Both the position numbers and the translations under genes were made by a program. Below are positions 60,913-64,000 of a DNA stretch of 64,000 bases, piece after piece. The notes under the pieces were generated by a model, which made no database searches, was not told the origin of the DNA, and worked only from the letters and a program-made list of their open reading frames with translations. Source of the DNA: Polyangiales bacterium (GTDB lineage Bacteria > Myxococcota_A > Polyangia > Polyangiales > JADJQN01); contig CAXNJO010000013.1 in the NCBI GenBank assembly GCA_964202905.1, positions 1 through 64,000 on the forward strand, given 5' to 3'. Every line of letters begins with the position of its first letter. The stretch's first letter is position 1.

Positions 60913-61656
60913 TCAATCGATCAAGTAGAGGAGCGGGAACAGGTAGATCCAGATGAGATCGACGAGGTGCCAGTAGAGCGCCACGAGATCGACCGGCGTC
61001 CAGTACTCGGAGGTGAACTCTCCGCGCTGGTTGCGGAGCCAAATCCAGAAGATGACGCCGATGCCGATGATGACGTGCAGACCGTGCACACCGGTCATCA
61101 TGAAATAGATGCCGAAGAACGAGCCACCGTGCGCCGGAATCGGCAGGCCCTGCGTGCTCGCAGAGAGGTGGTGAATGTCCGGGTTGAAGAGATTCCCGGG
61201 GAGCAGACCTGCGTGGAACTTGTGCTGGTACTCGAAGAATTTGATGACGAGGAAGCCGAACGCGCACACGATCGTCACGAGCAGCAGGACGCTCGTCTGC
61301 TTCCTCGTCCCCAGCTGCGCCGACCGCACCGCGAGCGCGGCGGTCAGCGAGCTGAAGAGCAGGACGATGGTGTTCGCGCCGCCCATGAACCGGTCCAGTT
61401 GGTGCGAGGCCCAACTGAAATCGTCGGGGTACCAGGACCGGTAGATCCCGTAGGCCACGAACAACCCGGCGAAGAACAGCAGCTCCTGCGCGAGGAAGAG
61501 CCACATCCCCAGCTTGGCCGTGTCGAATTGCTGGACCGGCGTGTCGAAGTGATGCGCGAGGAACTTCGGGCCGTGGCTCCCGTGATCGTCGTGCGCGGCA
61601 TGGGAATGCCCCGAATCATGGGATGCGGCGGCAGCGTCGGTGTGGGCTGTGGACAT
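60913..61656 (-). CDS. ctaE: Cytochrome c oxidase subunit III
   Basis: KLGMWLFLAQE..FF.GLF, NT.VLL.SS, YFMMTGVHGLHV, LYWHLVDLIWIYLFPLLY. Confidence 0.95.
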   Translation of the reverse strand: MSTAHTDAAAASHDSGHSHAAHDDHGSHGPKFLAHHFDTPVQQFDTAKLGMWLFLAQELLFFAGLFVAYGIYRSWYPDDFSWASHQLDRFMGGANTIVLLFSSLTAALAVRSAQLGTRKQTSVLLLVTIVCAFGFLVIKFFEYQHKFHAGLLPGNLFNPDIHHLSASTQGLPIPAHGGSFFGIYFMMTGVHGLHVIIGIGVIFWIWLRNQRGEFTSEYWTPVDLVALYWHLVDLIWIYLFPLLYLID

Positions 61657-61689
61657 GACTCTCTCGTCTCGGGTTCACGCAGGCGCGGA

Positions 61690-63393
<1,704 letters not shown>

Positions 63394-63420
63394 GTCAGAT
63401 GACTCCCCGGGAAAACGGGC

Positions 63421-64000
63421 TCAGTGGAGCGTCTCTAGATAAGCGTAGATGGCCTCGATGCGCGCGTCGGGGAGAACGAAGGCCGACATCTGCACGTTGG
63501 CGTAGCCGCGGACGATCTTGGCCTGCGGGCGGAGAATCGACTCCCGCACGTAGGCGAGGTCAGCGAGGACGGATCCACCGCCCTCGAGCGGCTGCTGCGT
63601 ACCGATGATGCCGCGCAGGTTGGGCCCAACGCCGGGGGCTCCGCCGACCTGGAGCTGGTGACAGGCCGTGCAACCGTTGGACGCGAAGAGCGCCTCACCC
63701 CACTGCGCCTTCGACTTGCCCGGGGGCGGACGGTCCTGATCGCGCAGGAACGTGCGGTACTCGTCTTCGGTGACGACCCGAACCTTCGCGAGCATTCCCG
63801 AGTGGCTCGTGCCGCAATACTCGGTGCAAAACACCTGATACTCGCCGACGTCCGTCGCCTCGAACCAGAGCGTCGAGTACATGCCGGGAACGACGTCGCG
63901 CTTGACGCGGAACTCCGGGACGTAGAACGAGTGGAGCACGTCCTCTGACGACATGATGAGCTTGACCGGCTGGTTCACAGGGACGACGAGCAGGCCACCC
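63421..64000 (-). CDS. ctaC: Cytochrome c oxidase subunit II with fused cytochrome c (5' part outside the window)
   Basis: DVLHSF, CTEYCGTSHSGM (CuA), CTACH heme-c motif. Confidence 0.95.
   Translation of the reverse strand, partial: GGLLVVPVNQPVKLIMSSEDVLHSFYVPEFRVKRDVVPGMYSTLWFEATDVGEYQVFCTEYCGTSHSGMLAKVRVVTEDEYRTFLRDQDRPPPGKSKAQWGEALFASNGCTACHQLQVGGAPGVGPNLRGIIGTQQPLEGGGSVLADLAYVRESILRPQAKIVRGYANVQMSAFVLPDARIEAIYAYLETLH

Overview
Very GC-rich chromosomal window. Gene content (MYXO-CTERM-like sorting signal, PEGA/MopE/Cys-rich surface proteins, giant TPR protein, caa3 oxidase) points to a myxobacterium, probably Polyangiales-like; this is an inference. Bases 1-1695 look like the edge of an island abutting the 3' end of tRNA-Asp, with an IS3-family element against a truncated type I R-M hsdS. 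The rest is mostly core genome: glyA, VanW, coaBC, kdd, YciO, infA, apaG, tRNA-Glu/Gln, a nitrite/sulfite reductase, a four-gene surface-protein operon, TolC-NUDIX, asd, truA, a ~3,740-aa TPR gene split by one extra base, HMG-CoA lyase, malQ, an M18 peptidase, asnS, a lipid-modification cluster and an A2-type caa3 oxidase operon cut by the window end. No CRISPR array or complete defence system is visible. The best leads are: two 17-bp-period tandem arrays in convergent intergenic gaps; a recurrent -10 box 7-9 nt before start codons, suggesting widespread leaderless mRNAs; an unannotated 46-aa basic protein; a PPC + Tudor-like fusion; and a sulfite reductase with an extra C-terminal domain and a coupled unknown partner. 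Several single-base insertions may be assembly errors. All family calls come from motif recognition by eye, not database searches.
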